Below are positions 1 through 7,122 of a stretch of DNA of 11,964 nucleotides, piece by piece. Under the pieces are notes generated by a model. The model made no database searches, was not told the origin of the DNA, and saw nothing but the letters and a program-made list of their open reading frames with translations. The stretch comes from a virus. Its lineage: Duplodnaviria; Heunggongvirae; Uroviricota; Caudoviricetes. The stretch lies in the IMG/VR virus record IMGVR_UViG_648276671_000013. One strand, written 5' to 3'. Position 1 is the first letter of the stretch, and each line of letters starts with the position of its first letter. A program made the translations under genes and the position numbers.

Positions 1-1266
1 ATGAAGCTCAGCGCCAGACAGGTCGAGACCGCAAAACCAAAAGATAAAACCTACAAAATGGCCGATGGCGGCGGTTTGTACCTTGAGGTTTCGGCCAAAG
101 GATCAAAATATTGGCGTATGAAATACAGACGCCCCTCTGACAAAAAAGAGGATCGCCTCGCTTTTGGTGTTTGGCCTACTGTGACGCTTGCTCAGGCAAG
201 AGCAAAGCGCGATGAAGCCAAAAAGCTATTAGTGCAGGGCATTGATCCAAAAGCCGAACAGAAAGAGGCTCAGGCCGAGAACTCGGGGGCATATACTTTC
301 GAAACCATTGCTCGTGAATGGCATGCCAGCAACAAGCGCTGGAGTGAAGACCATCGATCTCGCGTTCTTCGATATCTTGAGCTTTATATCTTCCCTCATA
401 TTGGTTCGTCCGATATTCGTCTACTCAAAACCAGCCACCTGTTAGCCCCAATTAAAAAAGTTGACGCTAGTGGAAAACACGACGTCGCTCAGCGCCTGCA
501 ACAGCGTGTAACGGCCATTATGCGTTATGCTGTACAGAACGATTACATTGACTCGAATCCGGCCAGTGATATGGCTGGTGCGCTATCTACAACCAAAGTG
601 CGACATTACCCTGCGTTACCTTCCTGCCGGTTACCTGAGTTTCTTGCACGTCTCGCTGCATATCGTGGTCGTGTAATGACACGGATCGCAGTCGAGCTTT
701 CCTTACTGACTTTTGTGCGTTCCAGTGAGTTACGTTTCGCGCGTTGGAATGAGTTCGACTTCGATAAAGCCCTTTGGCGCGTACCTGCAAAGCGGGAGGA
801 AATTAAGGGGGTGCGTTACTCGTATCGTGGTATGAAGATGAAAGAGGAGCATATTGTTCCGCTTAGTCGTCAGGCGATGAATTTGTTAGGCCAGTTGAAG
901 CAGATTAGTGGTGATAAGAAACTGCTTTTCCCGGGCGATCATGACGCAACTAAGGTTATGAGTGAAAACACAGTAAACAGCGCATTACGGGCGATGGGAT
1001 ATGACACTAAAACCGAAGTTTGTGGGCATGGATTTAGAACGATGGCGCGTGGTGCACTGGGGGAGTCGGGGCTATGGAGCGATGATGCGATAGAGCGTCA
1101 GTTAAGCCATACAGAACGAAATAATGTACGCGCGGCTTATATCCATACTTCTGAGCATTTGGACGAACGTCGATTGATGGTACAGTGGTGGGCTGATTAT
1201 TTGGAAGAGAATAAACTAAGAATGATAACACCATTTGATTACGGGAAAATATCTAATATAAAGTGA
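1..1266 (+). CDS. int: Tyrosine recombinase, P4-family integrase (421 aa)
   Basis: ORF starts at window position 1 with an N-terminus typical of P4-like integrases (...TAKPKDKTYKMADGGGLYLEVSAKGSKYWRMKYR...). C-terminal catalytic region has HGFRTMARGAL (His-x-x-Arg box) and VRAAYIH with a candidate catalytic Tyr. Sits next to the cargo hotspot as in P4. Confidence 0.9.
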   Translation: MKLSARQVETAKPKDKTYKMADGGGLYLEVSAKGSKYWRMKYRRPSDKKEDRLAFGVWPTVTLAQARAKRDEAKKLLVQGIDPKAEQKEAQAENSGAYTFETIAREWHASNKRWSEDHRSRVLRYLELYIFPHIGSSDIRLLKTSHLLAPIKKVDASGKHDVAQRLQQRVTAIMRYAVQNDYIDSNPASDMAGALSTTKVRHYPALPSCRLPEFLARLAAYRGRVMTRIAVELSLLTFVRSSELRFARWNEFDFDKALWRVPAKREEIKGVRYSYRGMKMKEEHIVPLSRQAMNLLGQLKQISGDKKLLFPGDHDATKVMSENTVNSALRAMGYDTKTEVCGHGFRTMARGALGESGLWSDDAIERQLSHTERNNVRAAYIHTSEHLDERRLMVQWWADYLEENKLRMITPFDYGKISNIK

Positions 1267-1291
1267 GTTTATAAAAATCAACTTTTGAAGC

Positions 1292-1309
1292 GGGGGGATT
1301 CCCCCCCCC
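1292..1309. terminator. G6-ATT-C9 hairpin between convergent int and cargo genes; probable bidirectional terminator
   Basis: GGGGGGA/TCCCCCC inverted repeat flanked on both sides by ACTTTT and ATAAAAAT direct repeats. Lies between the int stop (1266) and the cargo gene stop (1325). Confidence 0.35.
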
Positions 1310-1324
1310 AAACTTTTATAAAAA

Positions 1325-2217
1325 TTAAACATCTTCTCGACGTTTAGAGTTTGCGCGATATAGCGTTCTGGTTATATGGGATGTGAAATAGTCCTCATCT
1401 AAAAAATGCAATAATCTTTTTACATCTTTTCTTATTTGCGGCATTTTTATTTTTTCTAATTCACCGATTTTTTCAGTTTCTAGAACAACACCAATTTCAG
1501 CCGCTGATATTCTTAACTCAGTCACAGAGTAGTCCTCAAGTATTCTTGATTTATTAATCAAGGAAACTTTCTTTCTAATAACAGAGTCAGCAATTGTTGT
1601 TAAATCAAAACCCGGAGCTACTGAAAATTTTTCATGAGAAGAAAAACTTGTTAATTCTTCATTAGTGGCTTCTCTGAAATAAGCATCTACATCAAATATC
1701 CTGCGGAGCATATGGAAGCTTTTAAACTTTAATTCTGTACCTGCAAGAATAGCTGTTAGCTTATTGTCGATGACTATACCATGCTCAGTAGACTGGCAAA
1801 AGGTATTGCTTGCCTGAAATGGTTTTTGGAAAATTGTTCTTCTGTTATCAATAACTTGCCTTTTATCGAAGCTTTGGATTAAGGCAGTTGCAGGTTTTCC
1901 ATCCTCTTCAGGATAGCCTGAAAACAGAGCGATTATATTGAAGACTGATATTTCTTCCGGCTCCCATGGAGGGATAGTTGTGGGATTATTAATAGCATCT
2001 AATACAGCGATAACATCATCAAAGTCAGGAATGACAAAAAACTCATCTCCACTAGTGATGTAGCCACCTGAAAATTCTACGCCTTCTGTATAGCGTTCTT
2101 CAAAAAAGTTTTTTGTTCATTGAATAGCTGTGTGATTACATTTTGAGTCGGCCTGTCAGTAACAATTTTTACAATGCGTGTGCCAACTGTATTATCTGTT
2201 ATTGCAAACAATTCCAT
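1325..2217 (-). CDS. Cargo protein B, about 297 aa if one nucleotide is restored in the A6/T6 run at 2101-2116; as written it is frameshifted (N-terminal 46 codons from ATG 2217 end at TAG 2077-2079, the rest is in another frame)
   Basis: The frame of the 128-aa ORF (1325..1711) stays open for 135 more codons upstream (to 2116) with no ATG/GTG/TTG. An ATG at 2217, 8 nt after the upstream gene stop, opens a 46-codon ORF in a different frame. The two frames meet in CAAAAAAGTTTTTTG. AT-rich. Product identity unknown. Confidence 0.6.
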
Positions 2218-2225
2218 ATTTATTC

Positions 2226-2741
2226 CTATATTGCTATATATGTGTAATCAGTAAGCTTAATCAAATTAACACGATTGCCTGATGCTTTTAACAGTGGCTT
2301 TTTCGATAATATAACAAAGCTTACGCCTGTATCGTCTTCGGCTTCATAATATTTATATCCCCAAAATGATAATAATGGGTTGAAACTGTAGGAACCTGAA
2401 AAACTGATGTAAAAAAATAAACTCACAGCAAAGAAAGAAGCAATCCTAATATCCATAAATGCATCTGGACCACTGATTAAGGGAAATAAATAGGTTAAGA
2501 AATAATTTGTTATCTCCTTATCTGCTGGAGAAGCGGTAGTTAATTTTTTACTGGTTACAGAATTATATTTAATTGCGTATTTAACAATCAAAACACACAG
2601 TAAAAGTATAATTGCACACAATGATAAGTAAGCAATCATAAATTTATAGTGTTTTGATATACATGAAAGAAAAGCTAAGGTAAAAAATACCGGAGCAACT
2701 GAGCTGGCAGTAAGAAGATATTTGGCAAGCTTATTTAACAT
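2226..2741 (-). CDS. Small integral membrane protein, 171 aa, four predicted transmembrane helices (cargo protein A)
   Basis: Four hydrophobic stretches (LLTASSVAPVFFTLAFLSCI, MIAYLSLCAIILLLCVLIVKYAI, ITNYFLTYLFPLI, IRIASFFAVSLFFYISFSG). Strong SD AGGAGG 5 nt upstream of ATG. Stop is 8 nt from the start of the next gene, so operonic. Confidence 0.8.
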   Translation of the reverse strand: MLNKLAKYLLTASSVAPVFFTLAFLSCISKHYKFMIAYLSLCAIILLLCVLIVKYAIKYNSVTSKKLTTASPADKEITNYFLTYLFPLISGPDAFMDIRIASFFAVSLFFYISFSGSYSFNPLLSFWGYKYYEAEDDTGVSFVILSKKPLLKASGNRVNLIKLTDYTYIAI

Positions 2742-2914
2742 ATTATCCTCCTTATCTGCCCTAGTATCTGTATATAAAAACAGTATAACATCAATTTAAG
2801 CATCAAAGAAGATAATAAAAATCAATTAAATCATAATGATGCCTGCGTTTTTAAAGTGTGGGCTTTTGGAGGCGGGTAATGTACGCGCGTATTCCCTGGA
2901 GATTCCATTTAAAA

Positions 2915-2930
2915 GGCTACGTATGTAGCC
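2915..2930 (-). terminator. Intrinsic terminator candidate downstream of the 103-aa gene
   Basis: GGCTAC-gtat-GTAGCC hairpin; on the minus-strand RNA it is followed by UUUU. Lies 9 nt past the stop at 2939. Confidence 0.4.
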
Positions 2931-2938
2931 TCATGTAT

Positions 2939-3250
2939 TTAAGAGTACTGGCCCCAATCTCTGGCAATAAACCAGTTTGGCGTCCAGCTAACAAACTCTT
3001 GCGGATGAAAGTTTTGAGGGATTACAACTAGAGATACAATCGCTTCAGGTTGCAAACTGAGAACATGACTTTTTTTATCGCTTTCGTAATCCCAAAAATG
3101 GAATCTGTCACTTTTATCATGAGCTCTACGACTAGGACCGAAGTCCATAGGCGCAGTTAATCTTGTGATTGTCGCGTTATCTTCTTTTGAATAAAAAGTT
3201 AGCTGAATTTTTAAACAACTATGAATGGCATCAATGAATTTATCGCGCAT
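2939..3250 (-). CDS. Hypothetical protein, 103 aa, monocistronic cargo gene adjacent to cos
   Basis: ATG preceded by AAGGAG SD. Own terminator hairpin downstream, and about 197 bp of AT-rich spacer before the next gene. No recognisable motif by eye. Confidence 0.7.
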   Translation of the reverse strand: MRDKFIDAIHSCLKIQLTFYSKEDNATITRLTAPMDFGPSRRAHDKSDRFHFWDYESDKKSHVLSLQPEAIVSLVVIPQNFHPQEFVSWTPNWFIARDWGQYS

Positions 3251-3376
3251 ACGTTCTCCTTTGTAGTTACTAAATTAATATCCTCTATTGATAGATTATT
3301 GTGTGTGATCATTGCGGCATTTAATAAAACGTAATGAGTTCATTGTATTTTATTTATGTTATCAGCCTTGCGCGCA

Positions 3377-3395
3377 GTGCTTTCCCCGCCTCGCC
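3377..3395. other. cos cohesive-end site of the P2/P4 family (19 nt)
   Basis: GTGCTTTCCCCGCCTCGCC on the plus strand is the exact reverse complement of GGCGAGGCGGGGAAAGCAC, recalled as the P2/186/P4 cohesive end. Embedded in a GC-rich imperfect palindrome next to psu. Confidence 0.6.
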
Positions 3396-3495
3396 CGCCC
3401 GCTTTGCGGGGCGGTTTTAATGCAGTTGCACTGACACGCTCAGGCCGTGCCGGGAATGGCGCGGTATACAGAAAATGAGGCAGGAAAACGCATGC

Positions 3496-3529
3496 AAAGC
3501 CATGCACCTTATCGATGCATGGCTTTTTT
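3496..3529. terminator. Hairpin with flanking A/T runs; probable bidirectional terminator ending the sid-delta-psu late operon
   Basis: AAAGCCATGCA-(9 nt loop)-TGCATGGCTTT followed by a T run on the plus strand; on the minus strand the stem is followed by GCGUUUU. Lies 30 nt downstream of the psu stop. Confidence 0.5.
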
Positions 3530-3559
3530 CAGTAAAAACAGGCGGATTTTCGGGGAATT

Positions 3560-4132
3560 TTACACAGACTGACGTGATGCCAGTTGCGCACTTTTACGCG
3601 AAAAAATCATGTTCTGCGCAGGAGTGAATTTTTCACGGCTGTCATCCACCGAAGCCGCGTCAGGCCTGAATCCGATGGTCGTTAAAATGTCGCTATCCTG
3701 TGCGGAATAATTAATTTTTTCCCCCTTCGCAAGCCAGGACAGAAGGGCTTCACGCAGGGCATCTGTGGCACGCTGTATGGCACAGTTTCGGGCAATGGCC
3801 GTCAGCTCACTGTAGCCCATCAGCTCCGGTGCCAGTGCCGCCGCCAGTGCTGTGCCGTGCTGCTGCATAAAATCATTCAGCCGGTCGCGGATGCTGATGT
3901 ACTGAACGGCTTCATGCGAACGAATATAACGACCGGCGGCCTGATTCACCTGCCATTTTCTGACTTCGATAATATTGCGTAATTCGTCCAGGCGACTGAC
4001 GTTTCTGCCTTCTCCTGACAGAAGCCGCAGGTATTCCTGTTCGGCCGCTGCCAGCTCATTTTTGCGTTGCAGCCATGCTGCTTTGTTATTCTGACAGGTG
4101 TCAAAGGCCTGCTGTAAGGCTGTGCTTTCCAT
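3560..4132 (-). CDS. psu: Polarity suppression protein Psu (190 aa)
   Basis: Length and sequence (MESTALQQAFDTCQNNKAAWLQRKNELAAAEQEYLRLL...) match recalled P4 Psu. Last gene of the late operon. Confidence 0.92.
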   Translation of the reverse strand: MESTALQQAFDTCQNNKAAWLQRKNELAAAEQEYLRLLSGEGRNVSRLDELRNIIEVRKWQVNQAAGRYIRSHEAVQYISIRDRLNDFMQQHGTALAAALAPELMGYSELTAIARNCAIQRATDALREALLSWLAKGEKINYSAQDSDILTTIGFRPDAASVDDSREKFTPAQNMIFSRKSAQLASRQSV

Positions 4133-4205
4133 CGTTATCTCTTTCTCATCATGCTGAAGAATAAAAATACGGTGTGCGGCGACGGCCGGTGTTAACCGGC
4201 AGCCC

Positions 4206-4706
4206 TCATTCCAGACGCAGCGAATATGATTGTGTTTTTAAGCGTACTGGCGGCAGTTCCTGTTTTTCATGCAGGCTTTCTGCCAGTTCGTCCGGCGTGA
4301 CCGGGCGGACAATGAAACGGTTGATGGTCTGAAGCGTTTTAAACACCAGACCACAGCCCGGATCCGTGCACACATAAAAACGCTCGGTGACTTCCTGAGA
4401 CAGACGCCTCGATGTTCTTGACAGTGCAAGGCCTTTACATCTCCGACAACAATATCCGGTAACAAGCATTCTTTTCGGGCGTTTCATACTGCCGGAGGCT
4501 GACGTCAGTGAATCGCGGTATCTCTGTTTGCCTGAAATGTATTCCATTCCTGAATCTTTACTGTCAGAGAAAAAGCTTTCACTCGCTTCAAATGTCGCAG
4601 AGCAATAAATATTCCGGCACTGTGCAATCATTATCTTGGTGCCATCGTCCATGAAATGTGCGCGGCGGGTGTGAGCAACATGTCCACACGACGGGCAGTA
4701 AATCAT
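4206..4706 (-). CDS. delta: Delta, Ogr-like zinc-finger late-gene transactivator (166 aa, two Ogr-like halves)
   Basis: CPSCGHVAHTRRAHFMDDGTKIMIAQCRNIYCSATFEASESF is an Ogr-type zinc finger, and a second C-x2-C ... C-x4-C half follows. Length matches P4 Delta. The ATG overlaps the sid stop as ATGA. Confidence 0.92.
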   Translation of the reverse strand: MIYCPSCGHVAHTRRAHFMDDGTKIMIAQCRNIYCSATFEASESFFSDSKDSGMEYISGKQRYRDSLTSASGSMKRPKRMLVTGYCCRRCKGLALSRTSRRLSQEVTERFYVCTDPGCGLVFKTLQTINRFIVRPVTPDELAESLHEKQELPPVRLKTQSYSLRLE

Positions 4707-5437
4707 GACAGCAGTCCTCTGGCCTTAAGCTCTGCACCCTGCTGGTCTATTTTGTCCTGCCACACCTTGCGCTGTGCCGGTGTGCCTGCCACCTCATAAT
4801 CCATGTGCGGGAGTGTTGCCGCTGACAGTCCGGTCAGCCGGAGAACCGGCTCGCCGGTGAGGCTGATTTGCATCTGTTTAATTTTCTGTTCCAGCGATGA
4901 TTTCACCTGCTGCATGACAGCTTTATCGGGTGCGACGTAGCCCTGATGGCCGGTGGTGTTGGCGAGCGGATTTTCCTGTACCAGGATACTCAGATGCATT
5001 GCCCGGACAAGCGCCTCACAGGTTTCATTCAGGGCGTGTTCCAGCTCATGCTCTGCATACAGACTCAGAAGGTGATGATGTGCCTTCCGGTAGGCGGTGG
5101 CCGTGCTGTCACACGCCCCTTTCAGGCGTTCACGTTCGAAATTCAGCACCACGGCCAGATTGTCATATTCCTGTACCAGCTCCCGGCGTGCCACGCGCTC
5201 AATATGGCGCTGTTTCAGCTCATCGCTCAGGACACCACCGGCTGCACGAAAGGCCGTGCGCCAGTCGTCAGCGTCGTTTCCGTCGGCCTGCACCAGCGCA
5301 TTTTTTTCCTGCTCTGCCCGTTCAATGGCCGCGACGGTCTCATCCATCAGGCGGGCGTTCTCAAGATGGGCGGCTCTGGCCTTTTCCAGTTGTGCCAGTG
5401 CGGGTTGCAGATATTCAGGGATAGTGTGGTCAGACAT
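4703..5437 (-). CDS. sid: Capsid size determination protein Sid (244 aa from the second ATG)
   Basis: The ORF track starts at 5455, but a GAGGAG SD lies between the two ATGs and the 5437 start gives the 244 aa recalled for P4 Sid (MSDHTIPEYLQPALAQLEK...). Confidence 0.9.
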   Translation of the reverse strand: MSDHTIPEYLQPALAQLEKARAAHLENARLMDETVAAIERAEQEKNALVQADGNDADDWRTAFRAAGGVLSDELKQRHIERVARRELVQEYDNLAVVLNFERERLKGACDSTATAYRKAHHHLLSLYAEHELEHALNETCEALVRAMHLSILVQENPLANTTGHQGYVAPDKAVMQQVKSSLEQKIKQMQISLTGEPVLRLTGLSAATLPHMDYEVAGTPAQRKVWQDKIDQQGAELKARGLLS

Positions 5438-5509
5438 TTTCCGGCTCCTCGTCACTTCAGGTTAAGAAAATTGTGACGTACACCGGACAACAACACGACG
5501 CATTGCAGA

Positions 5510-5527
5510 TGTGCCAGCCCTGACACA
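5510..5527 (-). promoter_or_regulatory. Psid late promoter activator site (TGT-N12-ACA dyad for Delta/Ogr-type activators)
   Basis: TGTGCCAGCCCTGACACA is an exact TGT-N12-ACA, centred about 81 nt upstream of the sid ATG, which fits the usual -55 position in P2/P4 late promoters. Confidence 0.5.
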
Positions 5528-5605
5528 GGAGACTCATCCTCAGACCGGCAAGCCAGGAAAAGGTCGCAGGAAAAACCGGCTTACTGTTTGTTTTTTTATA
5601 TTTTA

Positions 5606-5710
5606 CTGTTCACCTCTGTTCACCATAAGAAAAAAGATAAGTAATACAGTAAGTTAAAGGGTGAACAATCGCAGTAATGACTGTTCACCGTCTGTTCACC
5701 ACTGTTCACC
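5606..5710. repeat. ori-like iteron cluster: six copies of the octamer TGTTCACC (five direct, one inverted)
   Basis: CTGTTCACC at 5606-5614, 5616-5624, 5681-5689, 5692-5700, 5702-5710 and inverted GGTGAACA at 5660-5667. This is the type I iteron recalled as the alpha-protein binding site in P4 ori/crr. Confidence 0.6.
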
Positions 5711-5988
5711 CGTTAATGGGCTTTTTGTGCTGTTCATTACTTTTTATTTTTATTAATTCACTGAAATAAATAAGAAAAAACAATTTGTATTTCACTATAA
5801 TTTTTTCCAGCTCCTTCCAGAGCGTTTTAAAGCTATCTGGCGCTGATGTACAAAAAATACACAGCCATTGTAAGACTGCCGGAACAAATCCCCCCTGTTG
5901 CGTCTGCCGAAAATATTCACAAAATAAAGCGCTACCCGAAGCCGGACGGACTTATCCGGTGCTGTATGGACATTAACGAGGTAGCCCG

Positions 5989-6255
5989 ATGCAAGCTGTT
6001 TTTTCTTCCCCGTCTCCCGCCCCTGTGACGCCACTGATGCCGCTGCCGGACATCACGCAGGAGCGTTTTTTACGTCTGCCGGAAGTGATGCACCTGTGCG
6101 GCCTGTCACGCTCGACCATCTACGAATTCATCCGTAAGGGGGAATTTCCGCCGCAGGTGAGTCTTGGCGGTAAAAATGTGGCCTGGCTGCACTCTGAAGT
6201 CACCGCATGGATGGCCGGGCGCATTGCCGGACGCAAACGGGGGTACGACGCATGA
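5989..6255 (+). CDS. vis: AlpA/Vis-family excisionase-regulator (88 aa)
   Basis: Core [48 protein letters not shown] is an AlpA-type HTH. 88 aa matches P4 orf88 (Vis). GAGG lies 8 nt upstream. An alternative internal start at 6037 cannot be excluded. Confidence 0.7.
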   Translation: MQAVFSSPSPAPVTPLMPLPDITQERFLRLPEVMHLCGLSRSTIYEFIRKGEFPPQVSLGGKNVAWLHSEVTAWMAGRIAGRKRGYDA

Positions 6256-6290
6256 TGATGCCTGTTCTGCAAAAAGTCCCTTTTTCTGGC

Positions 6291-6320
6291 TTGCCTTTTT
6301 CCGGCATTTGCGGATATAGT
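6291..6320 (+). promoter_or_regulatory. Candidate sigma70 promoter (PLE-like) for the left operon
   Basis: TTGCCT - 18 nt - TATAGT, downstream of vis and upstream of the structured leader and small genes. Confidence 0.3.
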
Positions 6321-6644
6321 TTTTCCGCTGTCGCAAAATCGGCAGCCGGGCGTAGGAACCCGTGTAACTCGAAGGCGACATATGACGCGCCATGCGTCTT
6401 TTTTTGTGTCGCAATCAACGCCACAGAGCGCCAGATTATGGTGTGGCGTGTGGTTTGCCGTGCAGGTATGATCCTGTTCGCAATCGCATGTTATGCCACT
6501 GAGTCAATGGTAGCTCAGGCGGGGCAGCCTCCGGGCTGGCCGGTATTCTTCGAGGCCGGTATTCCTACCCCCGTCTGGGCTATCGCCATCGAGCGTAGGA
6601 ACTCCGGCGATAGCAGTTATTTGCTACTCGAAGGAGACGGCCTT

Positions 6645-6842
6645 ATGGCTACAACCCTTACCCCCTCACACCCTGAATTTGTCTTTGTGTTTGCGGCTGT
6701 CCGTCGCGCAGACCGTCATCCCCGTATCTGTATGCTTCGCACCGTCGCCGGTGATGAACGCAGTGCCCGCCGTTCCCTTGTCCGTGACTATGTGCTCTCC
6801 CTTGCTGCCCGTCTGCCGGTGGTGGAGGTGTCCCGTGCGTAA
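6645..6842 (+). CDS. Small hypothetical protein (65 aa) in the left operon
   Basis: AAGGAGA SD 7 nt upstream of ATG. Stop TAA overlaps the GTG start of the next gene (GTGCGTAA). The 211-aa ORF in the track is an upstream extension of this frame across the leader. Confidence 0.45.
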   Translation: MATTLTPSHPEFVFVFAAVRRADRHPRICMLRTVAGDERSARRSLVRDYVLSLAARLPVVEVSRA

Positions 6843-7122
6843 TAAAAAAGCCCCTCAGACCGTCTCAGCGCGTCATGACGCCCGTGAACACCTCAGCATT
6901 GAGGCTTACCATAAGCTCAACCGCGCCAGCGCCGTATCCCAGTTTGTTGGGGGTGATTTGATTCACCGTGAGCTCTCCGGCCTGCATCAGCTCTACATTC
7001 CGCATATTTTCAGCTACCTGAATGAGGATATTGATTTTGTGCTGAATGAGCTGAAAGCCAAAGGCCTGTGCCGCGATTTTCTCGCCCAGCAGAAAGACCG
7101 GGGAGACAGGACGCATGTTTGA
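6835..7122 (+). CDS. Epsilon-like (derepression) protein candidate, 95 aa, GTG start
   Basis: GGAGG SD 6 nt upstream of GTG. Sits immediately upstream of orf151 as epsilon does in P4. Its stop overlaps the orf151 start (ATGTTTGA). Sequence identity to P4 epsilon not verified. Confidence 0.45.
   Translation: MRNKKAPQTVSARHDAREHLSIEAYHKLNRASAVSQFVGGDLIHRELSGLHQLYIPHIFSYLNEDIDFVLNELKAKGLCRDFLAQQKDRGDRTHV

Noticed and set aside
242-1234. Three 66-67 aa ORFs inside or antisense to int (242..445, 587..790, 1034..1234)
   Set aside because: Fully contained within the integrase coding region; no independent support.
1325-1711. Treating the 128-aa ORF as a complete stand-alone gene
   Set aside because: Its frame is open for 135 further codons upstream with no start codon, and is contiguous through a homopolymer run with an SD-equipped N-terminal ORF. 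A frameshifted longer gene explains the data better.
1325-2741. RexA/RexB-like exclusion pair
   Set aside because: RexB is also a four-helix membrane protein, but in lambda the soluble RexA gene precedes rexB. Here the membrane gene comes first, so this identification is less likely though not excluded.
1267-3376. Cargo being P4's own gop/beta/cII nonessential region
   Set aside because: As recalled, P4 has gop and beta co-transcribed and cII divergent. Here all three genes are on one strand, with a membrane protein first in the operon. This is not verifiable without alignment, so it remains a formal alternative.
4930-5476. Plus-strand ORFs of 122-176 aa antisense to sid
   Set aside because: They lie entirely within the well-supported sid gene on the opposite strand, and have no SD. 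Open antisense frames of this kind are common in GC-rich coding sequence.
5785-6034. Small ORFs (60-79 aa) on both strands between ori and vis
   Set aside because: They overlap each other in an AT-rich promoter region (perfect TATAAT at 5796-5801) and have no SDs; more likely the regulatory region upstream of vis than coding sequence.
6207-6842. 211-aa ORF spanning the left-operon leader
   Set aside because: It starts inside the vis 3' end and runs through the promoter and structured leader. Only its last 65 codons have an SD and a coupled stop/start, so the long form is an artefact of an open frame.
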